From positions 928,001 through 992,000 of the forward strand of contig OY969695.1 of assembly GCA_963701965.1 (NCBI GenBank): a DNA stretch of 64,000 nt, written 5' to 3'. The position numbers were made by a program, and so were the translations under genes. Shown here piece by piece: positions 1 to 10,937 of the stretch. Every line of letters starts with the position of its first letter. The stretch's first letter is position 1. Under the pieces are notes generated by a model. That model was not told where the DNA came from. It did no database searches and was given only the letters and a program-made list of their open reading frames with translations. This DNA comes from an uncultured Gemmatimonadales bacterium (GTDB lineage: Bacteria; Gemmatimonadota; Gemmatimonadetes; Gemmatimonadales; Gemmatimonadaceae).

Positions 1-473
1 GCAGGATGCGCCACGTCCGGTTTGGCGTAGCCGGTTCGGGGCAGCACTTCGACTCCCGCCAGGTACAGGCCTTCCACCACGAGCAAGAGCGCCAAGACGT
101 GCGCGCGCGGAGTCCGATGGCGCCACGTCCAGATCGCGCTCCACACACCGGCGGAGAACAGGGTCGTGACGCCTACCAAGTATATCGCGAGGCCCGCGCC
201 GCAGCGCGCGGCGTAGGGCCAGAACACCATCCCCACCCCCAACGCCAGGGCTAGAAGCAGCCGCGCCCATGCGGCCATGGGCCGATGCTTGTGCGGCGCG
301 GCCGGCGCCGCGGGCGTGCCGGCCTTGAGCGCGCGCTGCTGAACCGTTGGTTGGAGGCTCGGGCTCTCGGCGGCCATCGCCGCCAGCTTCTCGGGGGACG
401 TCGCGGCGAGCTGCCGGTCGATCTTGGCCATCTCCGCGTCCCAGTCGCGATCGCCGCTGCCGGATTTGGGCAT
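1..473 (-). CDS. Hypothetical membrane protein, runs off the window start
   Basis: Manual translation from ATG 473, which overlaps the stop of the upstream regulator: [22 protein letters not shown]...WARLLLALALGVGMVFWPY, with hydrophobic segments. Confidence 0.7.
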   Translation of the reverse strand, partial: MPKSGSGDRDWDAEMAKIDRQLAATSPEKLAAMAAESPSLQPTVQQRALKAGTPAAPAAPHKHRPMAAWARLLLALALGVGMVFWPYAARCGAGLAIYLVGVTTLFSAGVWSAIWTWRHRTPRAHVLALLLVVEGLYLAGVEVLPRTGYAKPDVAHP

Positions 474-1840
474 CAACCCTCCCTGGTCAATGCGTAGCGT
501 TCGATTTTCTTGTACAGGTTCGATCGGGGCATATCGAGGGCCCGCGCCGTTTCCGACACGTTCCAGTCGAATGCCCGGAGCTTGGCCAGCAGAAAGGCCC
601 GCTCGGCCTCCTGTTTGAATTCCTCGAAGGTCGTGCATGACGCCAATGACCCGATCCCGGTCCCGTCTTCGACGGTACGACGGCCGACCAAGCGGTCGAC
701 GTCGCTGGCCGCGATGCGCGGGCCGGCCCCGAGAATGAGCAGGCGCTCAATGGTGTTGCGGAGCTCACGGACGTTGCCCGGCCATTCCAGGGCTTGCAAC
801 GCCTCCACGGCGTCGGGAGCGATCGTCCGCGGGGTTACGCCGTCGCTCTCGGCGATCAACGCCATGAAATGCTGGATCAGCAGGGCGATGTCCTCGCGGC
901 GGTCGCGCAGCGCCGGCACGGCGATCGGGACCACGTTGAGCCGGTAGTACAGGTCCTCCCGGAACCGGCCGGCAGCGATCTCGTCGGACAGCGTCTTGTT
1001 GGTGGCCGCAATGACGCGGACGTCGACCGCAATGGTCCGCGATCCCCCGATGCGGGTCACGACCCCATCCTGGAGCACGCGCAGGACCTTGGCCTGCGCG
1101 GCCAGGCTCATGTCCCCGATCTCGTCGAGAAACAGGGTCCCGCGGTGGGCCTGCTCGAATTTGCCGGCCCGGTCCGCGACGGCCCCGGTAAAGGACCCGC
1201 GGACGTGCCCGAACAGCTCGCTCTCGATCAACTCGGTCGGGATGGCGGCGCAGTTGACCTCGATGAAGGGCTTGTCGTGGCGCGGAGACTGCCGGTGAAT
1301 GGCGCGCGCGACCAACTCCTTGCCGGTGCCATTCTCGCCGGTGATCAAGACCCGGGCCGGGGTGCCGGCGACTTTCTCGATCTTTTCGATGAGCGATCGG
1401 ATCGCGTACGATTTCCCGACGATCTCGAAGCGCGATTCGATGGTCTGCTTGAGGCGGCTGTTCTCCTCGTTGAGCTCCAGATGCTGGAGCGAGTTGCGCA
1501 ACGTGACGAGGATCCGGTCGGTGTCGAGCGGCTTCTCCAGAATGTCGTAGGCGCCGAGCTGGGTGGCCTGCACCGCGGTCTGGATCGTGGCGTGGCCGCT
1601 GATCATGACGACAATGGCGTGCCGGTCCAACTCCCGGATGCGCTTGAGCGCCTCGAGGCCGTCCATCCCCGCCATCTTGACGTCGAGAAAGACGAGATGG
1701 GGACGCCACTTCTCGTACTCGCCGAGGCCCGCCGCCGCATTGGCGGTGGAGCGGACTTCGTAGCCTTCGTATTCGAGGAGCTGCCCGAGCGCCGCCCGGA
1801 TGCCTTCCTCGTCGTCGATTACCAGGACTCGCCGGCTCAC
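473..1840 (-). CDS. Sigma-54-dependent response regulator (NtrC/NtrX family)
   Basis: Receiver domain (VLVIDDE, FLDVKM), AAA+ [42 protein letters not shown] and a C-terminal Fis HTH. Confidence 0.95.
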   Translation of the reverse strand: MSRRVLVIDDEEGIRAALGQLLEYEGYEVRSTANAAAGLGEYEKWRPHLVFLDVKMAGMDGLEALKRIRELDRHAIVVMISGHATIQTAVQATQLGAYDILEKPLDTDRILVTLRNSLQHLELNEENSRLKQTIESRFEIVGKSYAIRSLIEKIEKVAGTPARVLITGENGTGKELVARAIHRQSPRHDKPFIEVNCAAIPTELIESELFGHVRGSFTGAVADRAGKFEQAHRGTLFLDEIGDMSLAAQAKVLRVLQDGVVTRIGGSRTIAVDVRVIAATNKTLSDEIAAGRFREDLYYRLNVVPIAVPALRDRREDIALLIQHFMALIAESDGVTPRTIAPDAVEALQALEWPGNVRELRNTIERLLILGAGPRIAASDVDRLVGRRTVEDGTGIGSLASCTTFEEFKQEAERAFLLAKLRAFDWNVSETARALDMPRSNLYKKIERYALTREG

Positions 1841-2481
1841 GGAACGTTCTTGTACAGGGTGATATGGCCGCGCGCGACCCGAATGTCGGCGACGGTCTGT
1901 GGAATATCGACGGTGGTGCGCCCGCCCATGGCGCCCAAGAGGCGCGGAATCAGCACCGGGGGCAAAGCGAACGACTGGATCTTGACCTCCGTCACGTGGA
2001 ATACCGCTTCGCCGGGGCGCGGCACGTCGACCGTGCCGACCAACTCGACGGGTCGGGGCGCGTCGAGGAAGCGAGCCAATGGACCGAGGGTCTCTGCGTC
2101 CGCGACCTGGCGCAAGTCGACGGGTCCCCGCACGTGGAGCCGGTCATCGATGACCGCGGCTTGGACGCTGTCGGCGCTCCCGGGAATGTGGCCGCCATCG
2201 CCGGCGATGAGATAGGACGCGAACTCGGCGCCGTCGACTGTCTCATACACCGGTCCCCTGGGCACGGACAATCTCTCGACGGCGTGGCGCGCGGCGGCGG
2301 CGCGGCGGTCGCTCACGGGCTGCCATGGGCTGTTGACGCCCGAGGCGCCGCTCACGTCGCCATGAACGACATGTCGTCCCGACGGCCGCAGGGCGTCGAT
2401 CCACATCGCGCGCGTCATCCATCCGGCCACCACGCCGATGACGAGGATGGTCAGGCACCCGATGGTTCTCAAGCATCCCAT
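1837..2481 (-). CDS. Hypothetical membrane-anchored protein
   Basis: 214-aa ORF with an N-terminal TM segment and operonic overlap with the downstream gene. Confidence 0.7.
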   Translation of the reverse strand: MGCLRTIGCLTILVIGVVAGWMTRAMWIDALRPSGRHVVHGDVSGASGVNSPWQPVSDRRAAAARHAVERLSVPRGPVYETVDGAEFASYLIAGDGGHIPGSADSVQAAVIDDRLHVRGPVDLRQVADAETLGPLARFLDAPRPVELVGTVDVPRPGEAVFHVTEVKIQSFALPPVLIPRLLGAMGGRTTVDIPQTVADIRVARGHITLYKNVP

Positions 2482-2484
2482 GAC

Positions 2485-3033
2485 TTACCGCTCCCGGGCG
2501 TCGAGCGGCGACGCGTGCAGCAGGCGATAGGCGCCGCCCCGAGATTGCATGAGGTCGATCGACCGCACGGGGGACTCGTCGCGGAGCCGCATCCGGCGCG
2601 CGGCCTCCCGCAGTTGGGTCGCATTGCGTAGCTCGATGACGCGACCGAGTGTCACGTGCGGGCGGAAGGGGCGGCCATCGAGTCCGAAACCGAGTGCTTC
2701 ACAGGCGACCTCAATGTCATGGTGTAGCAATTCCAACTTGGGATCGGGGGCCACCCTCACCCATACGATGCGCGGCCGCCGAAAGTTCGGGAACGCGCCC
2801 AGGGACCCCAAAGCCAGGTCCATGACCCGGGTGGCCCCGGCGACGCGATCCAGCGCCGCGGCCACGGGCGAAACGACGGACTCCTCCTGCTCCCCGAGAA
2901 ACTTGAGGGTCAGATGCAGTTTCGGCTCGGTGACCCAGTGCACGTCGGGTCGCGCCGCCCGCAGTGGAGCCGTCGCCTCGTAGCAGCGGCGGCGCACGGC
3001 GGGATCGAGATTAAGCCCCAGGAAGAGCCGCAC
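2485..3033 (-). CDS. thpR: RNA 2',3'-cyclic phosphodiesterase (2H family)
   Basis: RLFLG start and two HxT motifs (LHLTLKFLG, FRPHVTLGR); probable GTG start at 3033. Confidence 0.9.
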   Translation of the reverse strand: MRLFLGLNLDPAVRRRCYEATAPLRAARPDVHWVTEPKLHLTLKFLGEQEESVVSPVAAALDRVAGATRVMDLALGSLGAFPNFRRPRIVWVRVAPDPKLELLHHDIEVACEALGFGLDGRPFRPHVTLGRVIELRNATQLREAARRMRLRDESPVRSIDLMQSRGGAYRLLHASPLDARER

Positions 3034-3819
3034 CCGCCCCGCTCGACCGGTATTCGGCGAGATCGACGGTGAGATATCCGGCGCCTTGGACGGCGGCCGA
3101 CAGCGCGGCCTGGCGTGCCGGCGCTCTCCAGTCATCGAGTTGCCCGGCGTCGATCTCCACGCGCGCCAAGTCGCCGTGGTGCCGCACGCGCAGGTTGCCC
3201 GTGATGCCGAGGAGGCGCAAGGCGCGTTCGGCCTGCTCGACGGTCCGGAGACGCTGGGGCGTCACCGGAGTGCCGTGCGGAATACGGGACGCGAGACACG
3301 GCGACGATGGCTCCGACCAGGTGGGGATGCCGCGCGCGCGCGACCGCTCGCGGATCTCGGCCTTGGTCAAGCCGGCGTCGGCGAGCGGCGATGCGACGCC
3401 GTGCTCGCGCCCGGCGGCGCCGCCGGGGCGGTGATCCCGGAGGTCATCGGCATTGGTACCGTCGACGACGACGGCCAGTCCCCGCGCGCGGGCGATCGGC
3501 GCCAAACGGCCCCAGAGCTCGGTCTTGCAGTAGTAGCACCGGTTGGTGGGGTTGGCGGCGTACCGGGGATCGTCCATTCTCGTCGGTGTCGACTTCTTCG
3601 ACGGGAACGCCAAAACGGGTAGCGACGGCCCGGGCCATTCTCGGCTTGCGCGACCGGGAAGGACGCGCTCTTGCCGATCACGGCCAGCACGCGCGCGGGG
3701 CCGAGGGTTTCCGTGGCCACGCACGCGAGATACGCGGAATCGACGCCGCCGCTGTACCCCACGAGCACGGACCCGGCGCGGCGGAGCCAGTCGATGAGCG
3801 CCCGTTCTTTCTCGAGCAT
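3011..3819 (-). CDS. larE: LarE-like ATP-dependent sulfur transferase, frameshifted near 3580-3640
   Basis: YSGGVDS, NRCYYCK, DGTNADD..DHRPG, PCLASRIP and LRVRHH motifs spread over two frames. Confidence 0.85.
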
Positions 3820-3873
3820 CAGTCGAAATAACGGCGCCGGGCGGAGGGGACGCCAGCCCGCGTCAGAACCCTG

Positions 3874-4236
3874 CTAAATCCGTTCGTAGCTGGGGACGGC
3901 GCGGGGGTCGGCGACGCCGCCGGCATGCAGGATGCCCGCGGGCTCGACGAGCACGAGATGCACCTCGTGCTCGGCCACCGGACGATGCTCGACGCCTTTG
4001 GGAATCACGACGAGCTCCCCGGGGCCCAAGGTGACGACGCCGTCGCGGAGCTCGATCCGAAGGCGGCCCTTGAGGACGAGAAACAGCTCGTCCTCGTGGG
4101 CGTGGGAGTGCCACACGAACTCACCCTGGATCTTGGCGACCTTCACGTGATCGCCATTCAGCTCGGCCACGATCTTCGGGCTCCACTGGTCGGTGAACTG
4201 GGCGAGCTTCTTCTCGAGACTCACGACGTCGAGCAT
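3874..4236 (-). CDS. Cupin domain protein
   Basis: FVWHSHAHEDELFLV and IPKGVEHRP; ATG at 4236. Confidence 0.9.
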   Translation of the reverse strand: MLDVVSLEKKLAQFTDQWSPKIVAELNGDHVKVAKIQGEFVWHSHAHEDELFLVLKGRLRIELRDGVVTLGPGELVVIPKGVEHRPVAEHEVHLVLVEPAGILHAGGVADPRAVPSYERI

Positions 4237-4253
4237 CCGCGGATCTCCTACCG

Positions 4254-5252
4254 CTAGGTAAAGTCGCCGACCAACGCGTCGAAGCCGTGGCGCAAGTGCG
4301 CGAGGATCGGTGATTGGCGCGGGTGGCCCCAGTACGGGGTCTTGTTCACATTGACCACCACGACGGCGCCGTCGGCGTCGGTGACGCAATCGGCTCCCAG
4401 AAAATCTATGTGGAGGGCGAGGGCCATGCGGCGGGTGGCGGTCAGCGCGTGCTCCGCCCGCGCCGTGGTCGGGCCCAGGGGGGTCTGGTCCCAGTAGTAG
4501 AAATTGTGGCGGCGGCGCATCCGGGTCGAAAGCTTCTTGATGTCGCCATCGACCCAGACGACGCTGACGACGGCGGCGGGACCGACGACGTACACCCGCA
4601 GAAAGATCCCCTCGGGATTCTCGATGAAACGCTCGACCACGAGCGCGGGGTCGGTCCACGTGGCCTCGGGGACGTGGTCGCGCCGCAGCACGGCGTACTC
4701 GGTGGGCTCCACCAACAAGCCCTCGATAAACGACGTGGCGCGGTCGCCCCAGCGCTCGCGCAGGATCCGCTCCGGAGCGCCGCCGTGGTTGAGCGTGGAC
4801 TTCACGATCAAGCGCTCGTGGTCCGGGCCGTTGCCGGCGGCGCGCGCCGAGGGCACGCCAAACGCCTGCGCGCAAGCGTGGAGCGTGGACTTCCGAATGT
4901 CCACGGCCTCGAGATTGAACACCCGCTGCCCCCGCTCGGCCAACGCCGCCGCGAACTCGGTTTCGGTGGCGATGAAGCCCCGGGTCAGGCTGGCGTTCAG
5001 GTTCACGAGGACGCCCCGGACGCTGTCAGGGATCGCGTCGACCAAACGCGTGGCGGCGTCGCCCGGGGCCACGCTGACGCGGATCGCGTTCGGGTACAGC
5101 ACCTCCAGCATGAAGCCGTGCCAGCCATTGTACTCGCAGATCGCCACGCGTTCGGCGGGCGATGCCTGCAGGACCGGCTCCGGGGCGCGACCGAGCCAAC
5201 GGCGCAGGACAGACCTGGGCGTGGTGGGCATCCACATGGAAGACCCCGCCAT
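4254..5252 (-). CDS. Hypothetical protein, possibly ATP-grasp-like
   Basis: 332 aa; IVKS, VVERFI, LRVYVVG and DFLGADC..VVNVNKTP resemble ATP-grasp motifs. Confidence 0.55.
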   Translation of the reverse strand: MAGSSMWMPTTPRSVLRRWLGRAPEPVLQASPAERVAICEYNGWHGFMLEVLYPNAIRVSVAPGDAATRLVDAIPDSVRGVLVNLNASLTRGFIATETEFAAALAERGQRVFNLEAVDIRKSTLHACAQAFGVPSARAAGNGPDHERLIVKSTLNHGGAPERILRERWGDRATSFIEGLLVEPTEYAVLRRDHVPEATWTDPALVVERFIENPEGIFLRVYVVGPAAVVSVVWVDGDIKKLSTRMRRRHNFYYWDQTPLGPTTARAEHALTATRRMALALHIDFLGADCVTDADGAVVVVNVNKTPYWGHPRQSPILAHLRHGFDALVGDFT

Positions 5253-5257
5253 GCGCG

Positions 5258-6621
5258 CTACCGGCCGGTCTCCTGAGGAAAAACTGACGTAGTAGGGTCT
5301 TGGTCCGGCCCCAACCCTCGATACGCCAAGGCTTCAGCGACCGCTGCCCGCGTCATCGACGCCGTCTCGTTGAGATCCGCTACCGTGCGTGCGACCCGCA
5401 GGATGCGGTGATAGCCTCGTGCCGACAGGTGCAGGCGGGTCGCCGCGGTGTCCAGGAGGGTTCGCGCGTCGGCATCGATTGGCGTGTGGGCATCGATCGA
5501 CCGGCCGTTCGCTTGCGCATTGCACTCTGAGCCCTTGTAGCGCCGGCGCTGGACCGCGCGTGCCGCCTCTACACGGGCGCGAATGGTCGCGGAGTCCTCA
5601 ATGGCGCCGGAACCGGACAGGGTTTTGATTGGAACCGGGCCGGCAAAGATCTGCATGTCGATGCGATCGGCGAGGGGACCGGACAGTCGGGCGCGATAGC
5701 GGCTGACGTCACGCGCCGGGCAGTGACACGGAGTCGTCGGATCTCCGGCATGGCCGCACGGGCACGGATTGGCGGCACCCACCAGGGTGAAGCGCGCCGG
5801 ATAGGTCACGCTGCGCTGCGCGCGCGTGATGACAATGCGGCCGTCTTCCATGGGCTGTCGCAGCGCCTCCAGCGCCGCGCGCGAGAATTCCAAGAGCTCA
5901 TCCAGAAAGAGCACCCCCAAGTGCGCGAGGCTCGCCTCGCCGGGAGTCGGCGATTTCCCCCCTCCCACGAGACCGGCGTATGAGATGGTATGATGCGGGG
6001 CGCGGAACGGGCGCGGCGGAGGAATCGGACCATCGCCAGACAGGATGCCGGCAACCGACTGCACGGCGATGACTTCGAGCGCCTCCTCCTCGGAGAGGGA
6101 CGGCAAGATCGTGGGAATCCTCCGGGCAAGCATGGTCTTCCCCGTTCCCGGTGGACCCAGGAGGAGCGCGTTGTGTCCGCCGGCAGCGGCGACTTCGATC
6201 GCGCGCTTGGCGGATTCCTGACCGACGACATTGCTGAAGTCGACGCCCCCCTCGCGTCGCGTGGGTACGCGGCGAGAGGGTATGTCTGCGCCGCGGAGTG
6301 ATCCGGAGGAGAGGGCATGCACGAGCTCACGCAGGGTGCTTTGCGTGAGCAACCGGTCGTGCCGCGCCAATGGCGCCACGAGCGCCGCCTCGCTGACGTT
6401 GGCCGGCGGCACGAGAAGACGAGTGCGGGAGTCCAGGGAGGACACAGACCGGGCGATGGGCAGCGATCCACGCACGGCGCGGATCGCGCCATCGAGGCCG
6501 AGCTCGCCGACGAAGACGATCCCGGCGAGGCGCCGCGCGTCGATCTGGTTCGTCGCCGCGAGGACGCCGAGGGCAATCGGGAGATCGAACGCGGTGCCGC
6601 GTTTCACGACGTCGGCCGGGG
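5258..6621 (-). pseudogene. comM: ComM/YifB Mg-chelatase-like AAA+ ATPase, 3' part (interrupted by the ICE)
   Basis: PADVVKRGTAFDLPIALG, GELGLDG, GPPGTGKTMLA, RPFRAPHHT, LFLDE and NPCPCG; the N-terminus lies at 53971-54182. Confidence 0.95.
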
Positions 6622-6646
6622 CAAACGGGACAACAGCAAAAACGGA
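6615..6646 (+). other. ICE att site, left junction (core GCCGGGG plus arm)
   Basis: GCCGGGG at 6615-6621 is identical to 53971-53977. The arm GACAACAGCAAAAACGGA (6629-6646) is a 14/18 inverted match to 53946-53963. Confidence 0.85.
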
Positions 6647-7042
6647 ACGCACTGGTCCACATCCGAATCCCACTTCCAAGACGACTCGCAGCCCCAGGAC
6701 AGAGCAAGTCTCGGTCGAGCTACTACCGGCGGCTAAGGAAGGAGAGGGCCCAGGCCGCTCAATCGATCTCAACAGACGCGAAATCAGAGCGCCGTGTTCA
6801 ACGGGACTCGACCGTGCGCGCCATGAGGGCTCGCGCGCTATCAGGGCGTCGCGAACTATCCTGATCCAGACAGGGGTAGGGGAGGTACCACAAATCCGGC
6901 TCTGTTGCCTTGCCGCGAGATAGTGCGCCTCGGCCGCCTGGGCCTTGTGTGACTGTTGCCGGGCATTGCCGGCTATATCCGGGCACGTGAGCTTTCACAC
7001 CTAGAACCGAAGTCCGCAGTTTGACGCGCACCGGCCTACGTA

Positions 7043-8365
7043 CTAGCGGGCTGTTGCCTCCATGTCCCCAACCGGGATGACTGTATAGAGCGTCTCGATC
7101 GGCCAGCTGGCAGCCGGGCTGTCCAGTACGAGCGATCCGCTCCAGCCTTCAAACACCAAGTCGACCCGGTCATTCTCGGCGAGCACCGCTGGCCGGTGGC
7201 CCGCGAGATCAGGAAACAGGCGCACGGCGCTGGGATCGCCATCCGCCGGGAACCGCACGTCGGTCAGTCTCAATCCTTCGTTGAGTAGCTGACCCGCGAT
7301 GACATGGATGGTGTTGCACCGGTCGACGACAGCTGGCGAGTCGAACAGAAGACCTTGCAACGCCCAAGTCCGGCCGTCAGTCCAGTGTGAACCGTCCCCC
7401 GACATCGCCTGGAAAAGCTTGCCGATCGAGGGGACGGCGACACTCCCATCCCAAATCAAGCGCAACATGCCCGTGGAATCGACAAGGAGACGAGGGCGGT
7501 TTGCCAAGCCCTGGTCCTCCACGCGTGACACCTCAATCGGACCACTCCATGTCCTCCCCGCGTCAACCGAGCGAAGCACGAACACCGTGTTGGAGGGTCG
7601 ACCGTAGTTCCTTCCGGGGTTCGCGGCGATGAACGAAATGACTGCGAGTCCAGTATCCCGGATGGCGAGATCGGCGTCGCCTGGCACCAGCGCGATCGGC
7701 AGTTCATGCACCAGCCATTTGTCACCGCGTTGGCGAATAAAGGCTATGCTCGCGGTGTCACGCAACGATTGGCTCGCGATGGCCAGCGCCAGATCTCCGG
7801 ATGGGTCGTGGACGAGGCCAGAGGCGTCAGAGGGCCCCCAGTCAATCTTCCGCGCGCGGTAGATTATCATGGGTTCACCCCATCGACCATCGCGATACGA
7901 GACATCCCACAGTGTGGTGAATCGCGTGAATTCGAGGTGATTGGGGTCGACACCCTTGTGATCGGACGAATCCGGATCCGCCCAAACGACGTGAAGCGTG
8001 CCGTACCGGTCGGTTGCCGCCAGCGGATAGGCGAACAGGAAATTCCCCCGCAGGCGGGCCGGCTCAAACTGATTCCGATCGAGCCGATACACGCGCAAGG
8101 CAAGCGACGACCGCGCGATCGTCGTCGTATCGCGCGGTCGATTTAAATACCCTTCGACTCCTACGACGAGTACGCCCGTAGGCCCGCTTACCAGCCGCGG
8201 AAATTGGAGCCGCGACGGCAGGGGGCCCAACCTGCGCGGCGTTGTCGCCCTGCCTCCGGCGCACCTGGTGCTTTGCGCCTCTGCCGCACCAACAACCGCC
8301 GTCGCATGCGCCATCAGGCAGCACGCTAGCAGTGCACGTCGAACGATGGTCACGAAGCGACCCAT
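7043..8365 (-). CDS. Secreted protein, probable beta-propeller with Asp-box (BNR) repeats
   Basis: Signal peptide; Asp-box-like RSVDAGRTWS and SGDGSHWT; repeated LHVVW-type strands. Confidence 0.65.
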   Translation of the reverse strand: MGRFVTIVRRALLACCLMAHATAVVGAAEAQSTRCAGGRATTPRRLGPLPSRLQFPRLVSGPTGVLVVGVEGYLNRPRDTTTIARSSLALRVYRLDRNQFEPARLRGNFLFAYPLAATDRYGTLHVVWADPDSSDHKGVDPNHLEFTRFTTLWDVSYRDGRWGEPMIIYRARKIDWGPSDASGLVHDPSGDLALAIASQSLRDTASIAFIRQRGDKWLVHELPIALVPGDADLAIRDTGLAVISFIAANPGRNYGRPSNTVFVLRSVDAGRTWSGPIEVSRVEDQGLANRPRLLVDSTGMLRLIWDGSVAVPSIGKLFQAMSGDGSHWTDGRTWALQGLLFDSPAVVDRCNTIHVIAGQLLNEGLRLTDVRFPADGDPSAVRLFPDLAGHRPAVLAENDRVDLVFEGWSGSLVLDSPAASWPIETLYTVIPVGDMEATAR

Positions 8366-8408
8366 CGCCTAGCTGTTTGTCGTCGCGCGAGCCGGTCCGC
8401 TACCACGA

Positions 8409-9158
8409 TTAGAGACTACCGGTCGTTTGTGTCTGGCCGAGGAAGACAAGTGGGCCACTGAAAGGTTGGACATAGTGCTTATTGATCACCTTTTCCGTTT
8501 GAGCCCCCACCGCAATGACGGAGTCCCGGCCATTCGCAGCTGGCGGCAAAGCTGTATAGTTGAACTCGACCTTGAGCTGCGAACCGAAGTAGCCATCCCC
8601 TGTTCCACTGAGCGTCCAGACGTTGGTTGTGTTACAGTTGCTGAAACACAGAGTCTGGCCGACGAACGCGATGTAACGGAAGTTCGGCGACGACCCCGAG
8701 AGGTTCCAAATCTGACTGACCCCCGCGAGTTCGACTGAGGCTCCGTTGATATTCGTAAAGAAGAAGCTGGTCGACGAGTCTGCGGCCTCGGCATGCAGGC
8801 GTGTGCCGCCAAACAGCGAAGGCGATCGCATCGTCTGTGGTTGTGTTGTCTGTGACTGCGCTCCCTGCAGAACAGCGATTAGATCTTCGATGGTTGCGTG
8901 TGAATTGGCCCCGATGCCGATGGCCACGCGACTACGTAACGTCGGGTTCGCAGCTACGGCGCGCAGCATGGCGATTTCGTCGACCAGCGCGGTAGAACGC
9001 CTCTCCACAGTCGCCGCTCTGTCGCTCAGGGCCGCAACTGACATCCTGTTCTCGTCGGCGGGTGCCGTTGCCGACTGCTCGGCGCAACCCAATAACATCG
9101 CAACGCCAATCGAAGTGAGGTAGGCGAGTGTGTGACGGCTTCGCAGGTCCCATGTCAT
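8409..9158 (-). CDS. Putative lipoprotein of unknown function
   Basis: Lipobox LLGC followed by SATAP; strong RBS GGAGGAAGG upstream. Confidence 0.7.
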   Translation of the reverse strand: MTWDLRSRHTLAYLTSIGVAMLLGCAEQSATAPADENRMSVAALSDRAATVERRSTALVDEIAMLRAVAANPTLRSRVAIGIGANSHATIEDLIAVLQGAQSQTTQPQTMRSPSLFGGTRLHAEAADSSTSFFFTNINGASVELAGVSQIWNLSGSSPNFRYIAFVGQTLCFSNCNTTNVWTLSGTGDGYFGSQLKVEFNYTALPPAANGRDSVIAVGAQTEKVINKHYVQPFSGPLVFLGQTQTTGSL

Positions 9159-9377
9159 GTTCCTTCCTCCGCTGTAGGATGGGAATCAGCCACGCTGCTG
9201 GCGTCGTGCTCAAACCAGCGCACGCGACGCAGGGTCGTCTGGTGCCCGCGACCGGTGGCGGTCGGCGCGCCCATCCTACAATGACCGGCGAACCCTCCCG
9301 ATACCCCATGCGATAGCAAAACAACGGAGGTCATACGGAACCGTATTTCAATCGAGACGACGTCGACACCGGGGAAT

Positions 9378-9896
9378 CGGCAAGAGATTGCAATTCTGCA
9401 AGGTCACCTAGGTCGGATGACCTACTGGCTGCGACGGTCGAAAGTGCCTTCGGTTGAGTGCCTATAGTCGCGGTGGTGGGCCAGTCGGCCGATAACGTCA
9501 CCCTCGAGTACTTAGCGAGGGTCGACGGCACGATCAGCGAAGTACGCCTGCGAACCTCCGGGTGGTAGGCCATTCGGCCTACACGCCCAGGACGCGGTAG
9601 GGGCACACTGTCAATCCTCGTCAGTCTCTGACCAACATGGGGCGACAGAAGCCTCAGAGCTGTCGCGATGGGAGGTGGTCTTGAGCGCGCTATTCGGACA
9701 CCGAAGGCGCCCCACGGCGAGAGAGCGAGGGAGGGTCGCTTACCCCGGATCGGGGGCGACAGATCGGGAACGTTAATGTGCCGCGCGATGGAGGGACAGG
9801 TTCGTGCTCCGAAAGCGTCCGGCACGAGGATCGAGTGTCCATCCGGCAAGAGATTGCGATTCGGCAATGTCGCCCAGACTAGGTCAGATGACCTAC
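9378..9896. repeat. Two degenerate copies (9378-9425, 9844-9896) of a composite operator-like motif
   Basis: Both copies read CGGCAAGAGA-TTGC(N6)GCAA ... TAGGTC(N4)GACCTA-C. Confidence 0.75.
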
Positions 9897-10437
9897 GCGG
9901 AGTCCGAAGTACGAGAGACTCGCGGGTTCCGGAGCAGCTAGGGGCGCGGGTGCGCTGAGTGCGGTGTGGTTCTATCGGCGCCGCATCTCCATACCCGCCA
10001 GGCTCGCGGCGCCGGGCGAGAGTACGTCGCGATCGAGCCATTTCTGGCGTCTCCGCCGGGAGAGGGAGGCCGCCCTTCGAACCCCGGACGAGCGCGCGTG
10101 CATCCGCGGCCACCCGTAAGCAATGCAACAGACCGTGGCCGGAAGCGCGGTCCTAAGCGACCCTCCCCTGCCCTGCCTCGCCTCGCTTCTCGTCGTCGGC
10201 TTGCGACCAGAATGCCAGGGCGCGGACTGTGCCGGCCACACCGTTATTGTTCGGAATATGGGCCTGATCGTCGCGCCGCCGAGGCCAAGGTGGACGTCCT
10301 ATCCTGACGCTGGGCTGCATTCCATTATCGCGGCGCTTGGTGCCGAGGGATGCCATATAGAGCGAACGTGTGTCAACACCGGCCGAAGTTGCACATTTTC
10401 GCCGGTTGAAATTGCACACTCGTCGTGGGGACGAGCC

Positions 10438-10935
10438 CTAGGGCGTCGCGGCCTCCCGAGCGCGGCCGCGTGGTTTGGCCGCGGCGCGCGCCTCGCGGGT
10501 GGAGGCGCGGAGCGTCGCTGAGAGGTCAGCGTGCTGGCGCATGCGGTAACTGTTGCCGCGGATGTTGACAATGTGGCAATGGTGCACCAGTCGATCGATC
10601 AGGGCACTGGCCATGACGTCGTCGCCGAACACCTCGCCCCACTCGTCGAAGCCTTTGTTGCTTGTGAGGACGGTCGCGGCGTGCTCGTAGCGGCGACTCA
10701 TGAGCTGGAAGAAGAGCATCGCCCCGGTCCGCGTGATCGGCAGATACCCGATCTCGTCGACGACCAACACGCTGGGGAAGACGAGCGTCTTCATCCGCTG
10801 CGCGAGGCGACCGGCCTGTTGCGCCTCCTCCAGCGAGGCGATCAAGTCGGCCAGGGTGCCGTAGTAGACGCGCCGCCCGCCCTGGGCCGCGGCGATGGCG
10901 AGACTGATCGCCAGGTGGCTCTTGCCGACACCGGG
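10438..10935 (-). pseudogene. istB: IstB ATPase, 3' part
   Basis: PGVGKSHLA, VLVVDEIGY, RYE, LTSN and LIDRLVHH..GNSYR. Confidence 0.9.
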
Positions 10936-10937
10936 CG

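Noticed and set aside
794..2215. Long plus-strand ORF (similar cases at 10842-12833 minus, 54442-55572 plus and 60597-63122 plus)
   Set aside because: These are antisense shadows of well-supported genes, typical of high-GC DNA.
3580..3640. Frameshifts in larE (and in the kinase near 63080) as programmed frameshifting or real pseudogenes
   Set aside because: Similar indels are scattered across host and element genes, most simply explained as sequencing error.
9378..9392. CGGCAAGAGATTGCA as a sigma-54 promoter
   Set aside because: The GG-to-GC spacing is 9 nt, not the required 10.
9331..10370. ORFs of 100-265 aa in this region and a possible gene split by IS21
   Set aside because: They are Arg/Pro-rich, lack motifs or an RBS, and rejoining across the TSD gives only a short, unconvincing product.
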